64,000 nucleotides of DNA, taken from contig OY970303.1 in assembly GCA_963716255.1 (NCBI GenBank), positions 4,896,001 to 4,960,000 of the forward strand. Direction: 5' to 3'. Shown here piece after piece: positions 40,801 through 48,757 of the stretch. Origin of the DNA: an uncultured Gemmatimonadales bacterium (lineage in GTDB: Bacteria > Gemmatimonadota > Gemmatimonadetes > Longimicrobiales > Longimicrobiaceae). The notes under the pieces were generated by a model. The model was given only the letters and a program-made list of their open reading frames with translations. It did not search any database and was not told where the DNA came from. Within the stretch, counting starts at the first letter, position 1; every line of letters begins with the position of its first letter. The translations under genes were made by a program, and so were the position numbers.

Positions 40801-41263
40801 GCCGGCGGCGGGCGCGGAGGACCTGGCCTCCGAGGTGGAGTTGGCGGTGGAAGGCGGCGCGCGCATGGTGCGCACCGACCTGCTGGGGTACTTCCGGCTG
40901 CCCGACGGCCGCCGACGCGCCATCGGGCTGGAGGACGATTCGCTCGCCAGCGTGGCGCTCGAAGATGGAACGCTGAACTGGAAGGAACTGGACCGCCTGC
41001 AGGTGCCGTTCTCGCTCTTGCACACCGCGGCCTCGGGCGACCTGGAGATCTTCGTATACTCGGACGCGGACGGTCGCCTCTACCCGGCACGCTGGAGCAG
41101 GCAGAAGGCGAGCATGTCGAACGGCCGCACCGCCGCGGAGGAGCAGGTGCGGCGCGGGATCGCGGGACAGGTGGAGGCCAAGGTCAAGCCGTACACGTGC
41201 GGGACGTGCCGCCACCTGGTGCACTGCCCCCACTGGGTCGGCGCTGCGGAGGCGCCTTCGTAG
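37823..41263 (+). CDS. ImmA/IrrE-type Zn metallopeptidase fused to a UvrD/Rep SF1A helicase and an AddB/PD-(D/E)XK-like C-terminal domain
   Basis: FVVAHELGH + EAEANSFA.EFL.P; AGPGTGKS, LTFSNEAA, TFH, VDEYQD, GDKRQAIYRFRGA, NFRS, TCHASKGLEF, VGLTRA; terminal CGTC.....CP. Confidence 0.88.
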   Translation: MRSLEHARARARAVRTEVGTESPGLLERTTAYIRQKHRKILAPLAPTTMQRSRAEVKLGSPLLRYDKELDTTPEEKLFVVAHELGHLELHDRLSDPSIPPDPLLASAYMGSGAPGVARYSEKAKEEAEANSFATEFLCPTAEVLAEWLEGEAPAGIAERRGIPLRLVQAQLAEALFGLGAAAGAPPARGPEREPTEAQKAAARDFGRAVLVTAGPGTGKSRTLVLRIELLLERGDVRPSDILVLTFSNEAAEELRARVSARFTPEIADKIEICTFHTWGYVFLHHFRKEAGLDGEGELVLLDDAARAELVGHVLSAADADAILDLKDPDKTAAKAADYIGYLKDRLWTPDDLAARLDEWTPAEGEADTRAEARALLSVYRAYEGERKRRGAVDFGDLILLPVQILRGSQDLRDRVAAKHRWVLVDEYQDVSRAVAELLIQICGPDNLPWVVGDKRQAIYRFRGANPENVDQFGTDDFPKAFTHELDVNFRSGEAVVSAANHLAALLDDPEFEGEAPALWRASRDLPPVAAPAVAIAAANSDTAERQGIAGQVKAWVDAGVPKSDIAVLARRNIDVRQVALALNRMGVRAVTSGVVTAEGAAGDLAAVIALPDAPRAALPRLAYALFRGSVPPAALNAAIRHMIDGMDARGRFEVRAVPGADGVVEEMARLQAVLEPLTFEHDGWEVLCAFLFGHERYLRDLVRRADDPEAALAIEEIVTVLAAAAAHRYTHPRVQPRTSRIGFGQRLRSMLAQATPAVTPPPPKRDAVRVMTCHASKGLEFPYVVVAGQTLSAMRGDDTWLPPGMCRDPEDDAHQADSLLFVGLTRAERAVVVSYASSASGTTQARHQRNRPLLLERWAERSGVRRLDWTAERAEKESFSATGLWGGVYPRLVSAYVVSGAGCAIRTYLQESLGAEFPTASTSLWPAYVGITRRTMQGIVRAANAAGRPLSPAEALALLDEQWADMEGREHPLLSLYRRYAERRVKRLAAAYMPAAGAEDLASEVELAVEGGARMVRTDLLGYFRLPDGRRRAIGLEDDSLASVALEDGTLNWKELDRLQVPFSLLHTAASGDLEIFVYSDADGRLYPARWSRQKASMSNGRTAAEEQVRRGIAGQVEAKVKPYTCGTCRHLVHCPHWVGAAEAPS

Positions 41264-41269
41264 ACGAAG

Positions 41270-41295
41270 CGCACATCGGAAGGTGGGGTTCCGTT
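41270..41295 (+). promoter_or_regulatory. Bipartite motif CGCACAT-N13-TCCGTT copy 2, upstream of the ubiquitin-like gene
   Basis: CGCACAT cggaaggtggggt TCCGTT aa. Confidence 0.7.
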
Positions 41296-41299
41296 AAGA

Positions 41300-41340
41300 G
41301 AGGGTGTGAGGCCGACCGGCCTCACACCCTCACCTTTTTT
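41300..41340 (+). terminator. Intrinsic terminator-like hairpin
   Basis: 14-bp stem GAGGGTGTGAGGCC/GGCCTCACACCCTC followed by ACCTTTTTT. Confidence 0.65.
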
Positions 41341-41351
41341 CGGGAAAGCTT

Positions 41352-41627
41352 ATGACCAGCAAGGCAGCGGAAGGACAGCCGGAGCGCTCGGGGCGCGGCA
41401 ACGAGGAGACCGTCGTCCACATCGACAAGGAGCCGTACAAGGTGACGCGCTCCGAGATGACGGTCCGCGAGCTCCTGGAGCTCGCAGGCGAGGAGCCGTC
41501 GGAGACGAGTCTCGTGCTCCGGCACGGCAACGAGCAGCAGAAGTACGCGAGCCTCAACGAGGTGGTGCCCCTGCGCAACGGGATGCACTTCGTCGTTTAC
41601 CACAACACCCCGACGACGGTGTCCTGA
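41352..41627 (+). CDS. Ubiquitin-like (Multi_ubiq-type beta-grasp) protein
   Basis: VHIDKEPY.V....MTVRELLELAG...L....VVPLRNGMHFV pattern; directly precedes the E2 and E1 genes. Confidence 0.8.
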   Translation: MTSKAAEGQPERSGRGNEETVVHIDKEPYKVTRSEMTVRELLELAGEEPSETSLVLRHGNEQQKYASLNEVVPLRNGMHFVVYHNTPTTVS

Positions 41628-42001
41628 TGTACGGGCCCGAGCGTCTCCTGCGGGACCTGGGGGAGATGGGCCACGAGGTGGAGCGGGTGACCGGCGTGGA
41701 CGGCAACGTCTACGCGGTCATCCGCGGTTTTGTCGTCCCGGTGGGACGGTTCGCGGACCGGGTGATCGACCTGGGGCTGCTGGCCCTCCCGGACTATCCC
41801 CGGAACGTCGGCTCCTCCATCCACGTCCGCGCCACCCCGCAGCTCCTCGAGTACGGCCACGTCCCAAACGTCCGCAACATCATCGTGAGCGGCCTGGGCC
41901 CGGAGTGGCGCTACTGGAGCCACAACTTCGGGTGGGGGACCGGCGAACGGTCCACCCGCCGCCTTCTTTCGCAGGTCAACAGCATCTTCGCCCGTGCCTG
42001 A
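41627..42001 (+). CDS. Prokaryotic E2/UBC-like protein (family E-like)
   Basis: TGATG coupling to the Ubl gene; I.GF.VP.G.F...IDL....P.DYP...IH...WRYWSH.F.W pattern; contains no cysteine. Confidence 0.72.
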   Translation: MYGPERLLRDLGEMGHEVERVTGVDGNVYAVIRGFVVPVGRFADRVIDLGLLALPDYPRNVGSSIHVRATPQLLEYGHVPNVRNIIVSGLGPEWRYWSHNFGWGTGERSTRRLLSQVNSIFARA

Positions 42002-43442
42002 GAAAACGCTTCCGCGGCACCTGAGCGTCGCCCTCGCGGGCGACGTGGACGCGGCCATGGCCGCGCACCTGATCCGCGACGACCGGGAGGAGGACCTCCT
42101 CTTCGCGCTGTGGACCCCTTCCGAGGGAGCCTCGCGGCTCACCGCCCTGTTGCACACGCCGCTCTTCCCCCGCGAGGGGGAGCGCCGGCGCCACGGCAAC
42201 GCCAGCTTCAACCCGCAGTACTTCGAGCGCGTCGCGAGCGAGGCCGTGGCCGAGGGCTGCGGCATTGCCTTCCTCCACAGCCACCCTGGGCCCGGCTGGC
42301 AGGGGATGAGCCCGGACGATATCCGCGCGGAGCTCCGGATGGCCAGGGCCGCCCTGGCGCTCACCGACCTGCCCCTGGTGGGGATGACAGTGGGGAGCGA
42401 CGGGACTTGGAGCGCCCGCATGTGGGAGCGCACGGGGCGGAAGCAGTACGAGCGTCGCTGGTGCCGCTCGGTGCGCGTCGCGGGCGAGGTGCTGCGGGTG
42501 AGCTTCGCAGACCGCCTGGTTCACCCTCCCCGGTGGCGGGAGGAGTTCAAGCGCACGGTCACCGTCTGGGGGGAGGAGGCGCACGCCACGCTCGCCCGGC
42601 TGCGGGTGGGGATCGTGGGGCTCGGCAGCGTGGGAAGCATCGTCGCCGAGGCGCTCGCCCGGATGGGGATCGAGCGGTTCGTGCTGATCGACTTCGACGA
42701 GGTCCAGCGCCACAACCTGGACCGGCTGCTCGGGGTGACCCGGCGCGACCTGGGGCGGCTCAAGGTGGACGTGGCCGCCCGGCAGATCCGGCGGGCGGCG
42801 ACCGCCGAGCGGGTGAGCGTCCGCCGCGTGGCCGCCGCCGTCACCGAGGAGGAAGGCTACCGGGCGGCCCTGGACTGCGACGTCGTGTTCTCCTGCGTGG
42901 ACCGGCCGTGGCCGCGCCAGGTGCTCGACCACCTGGCCTACGCACACCTCGTCCCCGTGGTCGACGGGGGAATCCAGGTGCGCTTCAGGCGCGGGAAGTT
43001 CACCGGGGCGGACTGGCAGGTGCAGACGGTGGGGCCGGGGCGGGCCTGCCTGGAGTGCCTGGGGGCGTACGACCGGGGCGACGCCGCCACGGAGCGGGAG
43101 GGGAAGCTGGACGACCCGTCGTACCTGGCGGGGCTTTCGGCCGACCACCGCTTCAAGCGCAACGAGAACGTCTTTCCGTTCAGCGCCAACCTGGCTTCGC
43201 TGGAGGTGCTGCACCTCGCCGCGCTGGCCACCGGCACCCGCGGGATCGAGGCGGGCGTCCAGCGGTTCAGGACGATGCCCGGCGTGCTCGACCACGTGGA
43301 CGCGGCTCCCTGCACGGCGGAGTGCGACATGGCGTCGCTGGTCGGCCAGGGGGACCGGCACTTCACGCTGCACGGCCACGACCACTCGGCCGAAGGGGCG
43401 CGGACCCGCCAGCGGGAAGCCACGCCGTCGGTGGCGGGGTGA
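41994..43442 (+). CDS. JAB/MPN peptidase - ThiF/E1 adenylyltransferase fusion
   Basis: N-terminal E...FLHSHP.....MS.DD JAB motif; GIVGLGSVG, IDFDEV..HNLDR, KV, CVD, DGG, CLEC. Confidence 0.88.
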   Translation: MPEKTLPRHLSVALAGDVDAAMAAHLIRDDREEDLLFALWTPSEGASRLTALLHTPLFPREGERRRHGNASFNPQYFERVASEAVAEGCGIAFLHSHPGPGWQGMSPDDIRAELRMARAALALTDLPLVGMTVGSDGTWSARMWERTGRKQYERRWCRSVRVAGEVLRVSFADRLVHPPRWREEFKRTVTVWGEEAHATLARLRVGIVGLGSVGSIVAEALARMGIERFVLIDFDEVQRHNLDRLLGVTRRDLGRLKVDVAARQIRRAATAERVSVRRVAAAVTEEEGYRAALDCDVVFSCVDRPWPRQVLDHLAYAHLVPVVDGGIQVRFRRGKFTGADWQVQTVGPGRACLECLGAYDRGDAATEREGKLDDPSYLAGLSADHRFKRNENVFPFSANLASLEVLHLAALATGTRGIEAGVQRFRTMPGVLDHVDAAPCTAECDMASLVGQGDRHFTLHGHDHSAEGARTRQREATPSVAG

Positions 43443-43493
43443 GGGCAGCCTCCCCAGCCGCGGAGCAGCGATGCCGCCGGGGGACGCTCGGCG

Positions 43494-43519
43494 CGCACAT
43501 CCACTTCGTCGGCTCCGTT
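43494..43519 (+). promoter_or_regulatory. Bipartite motif CGCACAT-N13-TCCGTT copy 3, downstream of JAB-E1
   Basis: CGCACAT ccacttcgtcggc TCCGTT aa. Confidence 0.7.
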
Positions 43520-43681
43520 AAAAGGAAGAGATGCCGGTCCCGTCGTGGTAGCGGGATCGATTCCTCTCAGGGACAAACGGGTGCCGTCCGGGAGAGGCTG
43601 TGGCGGGGTGCAGGACTCGTGGACGTGAGCGCCGACCCGTTCGCGGGAAGCAAGTGGCTCCCCAGAACCAAGGAGTGCGGT

Positions 43682-43778
43682 ATGGCAGAAAGTTCCTACC
43701 CGCCCCCGCCGCCGGGGAAGATCCTCATCTTCCGCTGGATCGAACGGGAAGGTGCGTCCGCTGTTCGTGGACGCGTAA
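43682..43778 (+). pseudogene. Small peptide gene (about 31 aa) with an apparent +1 frameshift
   Basis: AAGGAG RBS, MAESSYPPPPPGKILIFRWI then, one base shifted, NGKVRPLFVDA-TAA, followed immediately by a terminator. Confidence 0.45.
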
Positions 43779-43784
43779 GTCGAT

Positions 43785-43820
43785 CGGGCCGGAGCCTTCG
43801 GGTACCGGCCCGCTTCTTTT
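43785..43820 (+). terminator. Intrinsic terminator with a UUCG loop
   Basis: CGGGCCGG..CCTTCGGG..CCGGCCCG followed by CTTCTTTT. Confidence 0.6.
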
Positions 43821-43841
43821 CCAGAAGACCGCGACGGCTCA

Positions 43842-45281
43842 TCAGCGAAGCTCCACCTGCCAGCGTTCGCGACTACGCTGCACGCCTGCCGCGGCTTCGG
43901 GGTACACGCGTGCCGCGCGCTCCAGCATCTCGATGGCACGCGCGGACAGACGCGGCGCCTCGGACGAAGCAGGCAGGAACGGGGCGGACCAGGCGAGGCG
44001 CGCGGCCAGGTAGTAGTTGGCGGCGGCGGAGAAGGGCCGCTGCCGGTACAGCGCCACCTCGCGACCGCCCAACCGCACCGCCGGTCCGTCCGCCTGCGTC
44101 AGCGCCATCCGCTCGAACGCGGTGACCGCTCCGCGGAGCATGCGGTCCAGCTCCGCGCGCCAGGCGCCCTTCAGGTCGCTCTCCTCCAGCACCTGCACCG
44201 CGTGCGAGAGGGCGAGCAGGTACGCCAGGCCGCGAAGGCTCAGCGCCGCCCCGTCCACCTCCGCCACACGGTCCTCCCTGGCAAGCCCCACCGCCGCCTC
44301 CCGGAAGGCGAGGAATGCCTCCGCGGCCGGTCTCCCCATCTGCGCGTACGCCCACCCCAGCGCCATCACGATGCTCGGCTCGCCGGCGGACAGCGCACGG
44401 GCCTCGCCGTAGTGCGCCACCACCGCGTCCAGGTCGCCCCGCGCCCACGCATCACGGGCGGCAGCGCACCGGCGGGCGACCCGCCGCTGCCGGCGCAGCT
44501 CCGCAACGAGCGTCGCCAGCCGCAGCGCGAAGGCGCCACCGAGCACCGAAGCCGCGAGCTCGGCCGCGTTGAAGGACAGCATCAGCGCCGCCTTGCCGGA
44601 CGTCGCGTACCCCGACTCCACCAGCCAGGCGCCCAAGCGCGCTCCGCCCACGGGGATCGGCACGCCGGTGGGCGTGGTCACGTCCTGCGCCACGTGCTGC
44701 ATCCACACCAGAAGCCCGGGGAGACCGTGCGCCTCGTACAGCTGCTGCGCGGCGTCCAGGTCGTGGCCGTGCTGGAGCCGGTGGACGATCCCACCCCCGC
44801 GGACTCCGCTCCCCGGCACGGTGTCGATCCAGCGGTGGATCGCGTCGCAGTCGCTGCCGAACAGGCGCCGGCTCAGCTCCTGGTGGGGGAGGCCGTCATG
44901 GAAGACGGCGCGGGTTACACCCACGATCTCCCTCTCCCAGACGGTCACGCCCAGTGCGGAGAGCCCCAGGAGCGCATCGGCACGCCAGGCCACGCTGAGC
45001 ATCTCGCGCGGCGGGGCATCCCCCGGGAACGGCGCGAACGAGGGGGAAACGAGGATGAGCCCGGGGATCTCCGCTGCCAGCAGCGCCTGCGCCCGTGCTC
45101 CGGCGCCTTCGAGCGCCTCGCGACTGCGGCTGGCGGCGCGCGCCGCATCCTCCGTGACGCGCCGGCCGACCACGGACGCTCGGCCGGCGAGATCCCCGAG
45201 CAGGCTCCTGCCACGCCCCGGCAGCCCGGGTTCCTCGCTGTCGATCCCGGGCAGAGGCTCGGGGGCGTCGGGCTCCTCCAT
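43842..45281 (-). CDS. Hypothetical protein with His-rich motif (HRLQHGHD...QHVAQDVTTPTGVP), a hydrophobic segment and a TPR-like C-terminus
   Basis: AGGAG RBS and ATG at 45281, 23 bp after the SMC-like gene. Confidence 0.7.
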   Translation of the reverse strand: MEEPDAPEPLPGIDSEEPGLPGRGRSLLGDLAGRASVVGRRVTEDAARAASRSREALEGAGARAQALLAAEIPGLILVSPSFAPFPGDAPPREMLSVAWRADALLGLSALGVTVWEREIVGVTRAVFHDGLPHQELSRRLFGSDCDAIHRWIDTVPGSGVRGGGIVHRLQHGHDLDAAQQLYEAHGLPGLLVWMQHVAQDVTTPTGVPIPVGGARLGAWLVESGYATSGKAALMLSFNAAELAASVLGGAFALRLATLVAELRRQRRVARRCAAARDAWARGDLDAVVAHYGEARALSAGEPSIVMALGWAYAQMGRPAAEAFLAFREAAVGLAREDRVAEVDGAALSLRGLAYLLALSHAVQVLEESDLKGAWRAELDRMLRGAVTAFERMALTQADGPAVRLGGREVALYRQRPFSAAANYYLAARLAWSAPFLPASSEAPRLSARAIEMLERAARVYPEAAAGVQRSRERWQVELR

Positions 45282-45304
45282 CCCACTCCTGTGCGGCAGA
45301 AGGG

Positions 45305-48300
45305 TCAGCTCCCGGCAGGCACCAGGGCCAGCAGCCGCTCCACGTCCACGGGTGTGCAGTGCCCGGCGCGCAGGTCCGGCCCGAGCGCCGCCAGCAACTC
45401 CACCCGCACCACGGTCTCGTCCAGCGGCTCGCGGGCGTCCAGGTAGCCCTCCCGTTCCAGGAACTCCCGGAACGCCGCAATCGCGTCCGCCCGGAAGCGT
45501 GGCAGCTCGTACACCTCCTCCACAAGCCGGTCCGGCCGTCCGCCGTACTCCGGCAGAAGTGCAGCCACCCGGTCCATGAACGTTGCGCTGATCGCTCCCG
45601 AGCGCTCCAGCGCCTCCCGGTCCACCCGCCGCCCCCGCCCGACACGGCGCGACTCCAGCAGCCGGTCCATCGCCCGGCCGAGCGCCTCCAGGCGGGCGTA
45701 CCCGCTCCCGTCCGGTCCGAGCAGCGACACTCCCACGTGCTCCACCATCGTCCGCAGCCCGCCCCACGTTTCCGCTCCAAGCGAGAGCAGGCGGTGCAGC
45801 AGCGCCGGGTCGTCCACCAGGTACCACAGGTGCACCCCGTCCGGGCCGCCGTGATCCAGGTCGACGGGAGGCACCCGGAGGACCGCGCCGTACGTCGCGT
45901 GGTCCATCTCACCCGGCGCCGGCACCGCACCCATGCGCAGCATCCCCGCCGCAGGGCGTGGAAGGTCCACGAACCGCCCGAGCCTGCGGGCCTCGGCCAG
46001 GTCCAGGAGCCGGTGCTCCAGCCCCGAGGTGCCCAGCCGCGCCATCCACCGCTCTGCCTCGTCCAGCCGCGCGGTCAAAAAGAACACCTGGCGCCCGCCG
46101 CGGGCCAGCTCGATCACCGCGTCCATCACCGCCTCGGCGCGCAGGTCGTCGCTGTTCGCCAGCGCCTCGTCCAGGACCAGGGGGAGCTGCACGCCCGTCT
46201 CCATCGTCTCGATGAAGGCGATGCGCACCGAGAGCAGGAGCTGCACCCGCGTCCCGCGCGACAGCTCGTCCAGGGTGCACCCCGTGCCGGACGTCGTGTC
46301 CACCGCCCGGAACTCCGGTGGCGCCGCGTCCGACAGCTCCAGGCGGTAGCGTCCGCGGGTGATCGCCGCGAACAGGGCGCGGGCGCGATGGAACACCGCC
46401 GGCCGGTCGCGGTCCCGCGTCTCCCGCTCCACGTATTCCCGGAGCACCCATCCCGCCGCCGCCGCTTCGTCGCGCTCGCGCTGCTCGCGCAGCGTGGCCT
46501 CCGCGTCGCGCAGCCGCACCAGCGCCTCCTCCACGTCGGTGCGCTCCCGCGCGGCGCGCAGCCGCTCCTCCAGCCGGGTCACCTGCTGCCGCGCGGTCTC
46601 CGCCCGCTCCGCCGCTTCGCGGCTCTCGGCCAGGGCAGCCTCCAAGGCCGGGCGCGGCTGCGCGAGGATCGTGTCGTCGTACTCGGCGGTCTCGGCCAGG
46701 CGGCGGGCCGCGGTGCGGGCGTCCTGCTGCGCGGCGAGGTGCTGGTCCCGCGCCGCCTCGAACGCCGGCAGCATCCTGCACAGCTCTTCCATCCGCCGGT
46801 CGTCGTCGTCCGCCAGACCGGCTCGCGCCAGCAGCATCGCCCGCTCAGCCGCGCAGCGCTCTGCCTCCTCCAGCGCCTCGCCCTGGCGTGTCTGCGCCGC
46901 CTGGAGGGTCAGGCGCGCCTCGCCGTGCGCCTGCTGCCGCGCGCGCAGCGCCTCCAGCGTCCCCGCCACCTCAGCCGCGCTCCCGACCTCTGCCGCCGCG
47001 AAGGGCGCGATCCACCCGCCCAGCTCCGCGGAAGCCTGCGCGTGCTGCTCGGCCGCGGTGCGCAGCGCCGCCTCCGCCCGGCTGACGGCGACCTGCGCCG
47101 CCTGCCACCGGTGCACGCGCTGGCAGAGCCAGGCTACCGCCGCCTCGTCCGCGTCCGGCGCCAGCCCCACGCGCAGCGCGAGCTCCTCCCGCTCGCGGTC
47201 GATCTCGCCCGCCCGCATCTCCTGCGCGGCGCGCCGCCCCTCCGCCACCGCGCGGCGCTCCGCCCGGTGCGCGAGGTGGCGCGCCTCGGCGATCTCCGCT
47301 TCCAGCCGCCCGACCAGCTCCGCGACGGGGTCGGGATCCCACCGCGCCGGCTGCCGCAGCTTCGTCCGCTCGTACTCCGCCTGGAGCTCCGCGCGCCGGC
47401 CGCGCTCGCCCCGCGCCGCCAGCGTCAGCCCCAGCAGCACCAGCGCGGCGAGCAGCAGGGCCCATCCCGCCGGGTGCACCAGCAGCCCGAGCGCGGCGCC
47501 CGCCAGCGCGGCCAGGGCCGCCGCGGCGACGGCCAGCACGCGCACCCGGCCCCCGCCGCTCGCGGCGTCGGGCTGCCGTAGCCACGCGGACAGGGAGTCG
47601 CGGCCGCGCCGGAGCGCATCGGCGTCGGCGGCCGGGCCGTCACCCGCCAGCAGCTCTAGCTCGGCGTGCACGGCGCGCATCGCGGCCCGGTGACGCTCCG
47701 CCTCGCGGGCGAAGCGAAGCAGCTCCTCCACCGCGGGGAGCGCGAGCGCCGCCACATGGTCGTCGCCCACCGCGCCCGCCACGGCGGTCTGCTCGACGCG
47801 GCACTCCTCGCGGGCGCGCTCCAGCTCGCGCTGGAGCCGCAGCCGCGTTTCCTCCAGCTGCCGCAGCCGGTCCATCGCTGCCGACAGGCGCGACAGCGCG
47901 TCGTCGGGGAGCCCCTCCGCCGGGAGGGCCGTGCCGTCGAGCGTCCGCCGCGCGGCCGTCGCTTCCTGCTCCGAGGCGCGTGCGCGGGCATGCGCGGTGT
48001 CCAACGCCTGGCGGAGCGCCCGAAGGCGCTCGGCCTCGTCGCCCTGCAGACCCGCAAGCTCGGGAGGGAAGGCATCGAGCGCTTCACGCGCGGCGTGCTC
48101 CAGGACCGTGGCGTCCATTCGCTCCAGGGCGCGCGACAGCAGCTCCGCGCGCTTCGCGCGGGCCTGGTGCTCCGCCGCCTCGCGCCGCAGTCCGACCAGG
48201 GTCGCCTCGTCGTCGCGCAGCCGCCGTTCCTCCGCGCGCACCTCGTCCAGGCGGGCGCGGGCCGCCCTCAGCGCGACCTGCTGCTTCTGGGCGGTGCCGG

Positions 48301-48757
48301 TGCCCTTCCGGAAGCCCAGCTCGTCGGCCGCGCGGGCCACGTCGAATCCACCCGCCGATTCGTGCAGGATCCGCTCGGCCAGGGACCCGTCCGTCCCGTT
48401 CAGCAGCTCGTGGAGGGAGATCCGATACCGGTCCCGCTCGGTGGCCGGCGGCAGTCCTGCCGGAGCGGGCGAATCCTCCCCGCTGCGCTGGAAGCGCGCG
48501 GCGCCGCCGTCCAGCTCCACCCGCCACTCCTCGCCGCCGAGCTCGAATCTCGCGTCCAGCACCGGGCGCCCGTCCCGCGAGGCCGCCGGCCAGAGCAGGC
48601 GCTCCAGCGCGCCGGCCGTGGTCGTCTTCCCGGAGCCGTTGGGGCCCCACACCACGTTCACCCCCGGCGACGGGTCCTGCAGCTCCCAGCCCCCGTCCGC
48701 GATCCCCGGCATGCGGCGGACGCCGAGGGACCGGAACACGAGCGCCGCGCGGCTCAC
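45305..48757 (-). CDS. Rad50/SbcC-like SMC ATPase (YhaN family)
   Basis: Walker A GPNGSGKTT, long coiled coil with a TM hairpin, signature LSRGT, Walker B LVLDEAL. Confidence 0.88.
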   Translation of the reverse strand: MSRAALVFRSLGVRRMPGIADGGWELQDPSPGVNVVWGPNGSGKTTTAGALERLLWPAASRDGRPVLDARFELGGEEWRVELDGGAARFQRSGEDSPAPAGLPPATERDRYRISLHELLNGTDGSLAERILHESAGGFDVARAADELGFRKGTGTAQKQQVALRAARARLDEVRAEERRLRDDEATLVGLRREAAEHQARAKRAELLSRALERMDATVLEHAAREALDAFPPELAGLQGDEAERLRALRQALDTAHARARASEQEATAARRTLDGTALPAEGLPDDALSRLSAAMDRLRQLEETRLRLQRELERAREECRVEQTAVAGAVGDDHVAALALPAVEELLRFAREAERHRAAMRAVHAELELLAGDGPAADADALRRGRDSLSAWLRQPDAASGGGRVRVLAVAAAALAALAGAALGLLVHPAGWALLLAALVLLGLTLAARGERGRRAELQAEYERTKLRQPARWDPDPVAELVGRLEAEIAEARHLAHRAERRAVAEGRRAAQEMRAGEIDREREELALRVGLAPDADEAAVAWLCQRVHRWQAAQVAVSRAEAALRTAAEQHAQASAELGGWIAPFAAAEVGSAAEVAGTLEALRARQQAHGEARLTLQAAQTRQGEALEEAERCAAERAMLLARAGLADDDDRRMEELCRMLPAFEAARDQHLAAQQDARTAARRLAETAEYDDTILAQPRPALEAALAESREAAERAETARQQVTRLEERLRAARERTDVEEALVRLRDAEATLREQRERDEAAAAGWVLREYVERETRDRDRPAVFHRARALFAAITRGRYRLELSDAAPPEFRAVDTTSGTGCTLDELSRGTRVQLLLSVRIAFIETMETGVQLPLVLDEALANSDDLRAEAVMDAVIELARGGRQVFFLTARLDEAERWMARLGTSGLEHRLLDLAEARRLGRFVDLPRPAAGMLRMGAVPAPGEMDHATYGAVLRVPPVDLDHGGPDGVHLWYLVDDPALLHRLLSLGAETWGGLRTMVEHVGVSLLGPDGSGYARLEALGRAMDRLLESRRVGRGRRVDREALERSGAISATFMDRVAALLPEYGGRPDRLVEEVYELPRFRADAIAAFREFLEREGYLDAREPLDETVVRVELLAALGPDLRAGHCTPVDVERLLALVPAGS

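Noticed and set aside
41306..41626. N-terminal extension of the 231-aa ORF 41306-42001
   Set aside because: Overlaps the Ubl gene; the TGATG junction at 41625-41629 gives the natural E2 start.
41994..43442. CBASS Cap2/Cap3 or thiamine/molybdopterin biosynthesis
   Set aside because: No CD-NTase or cofactor genes nearby; a dedicated Ubl and a separate E2 are present.
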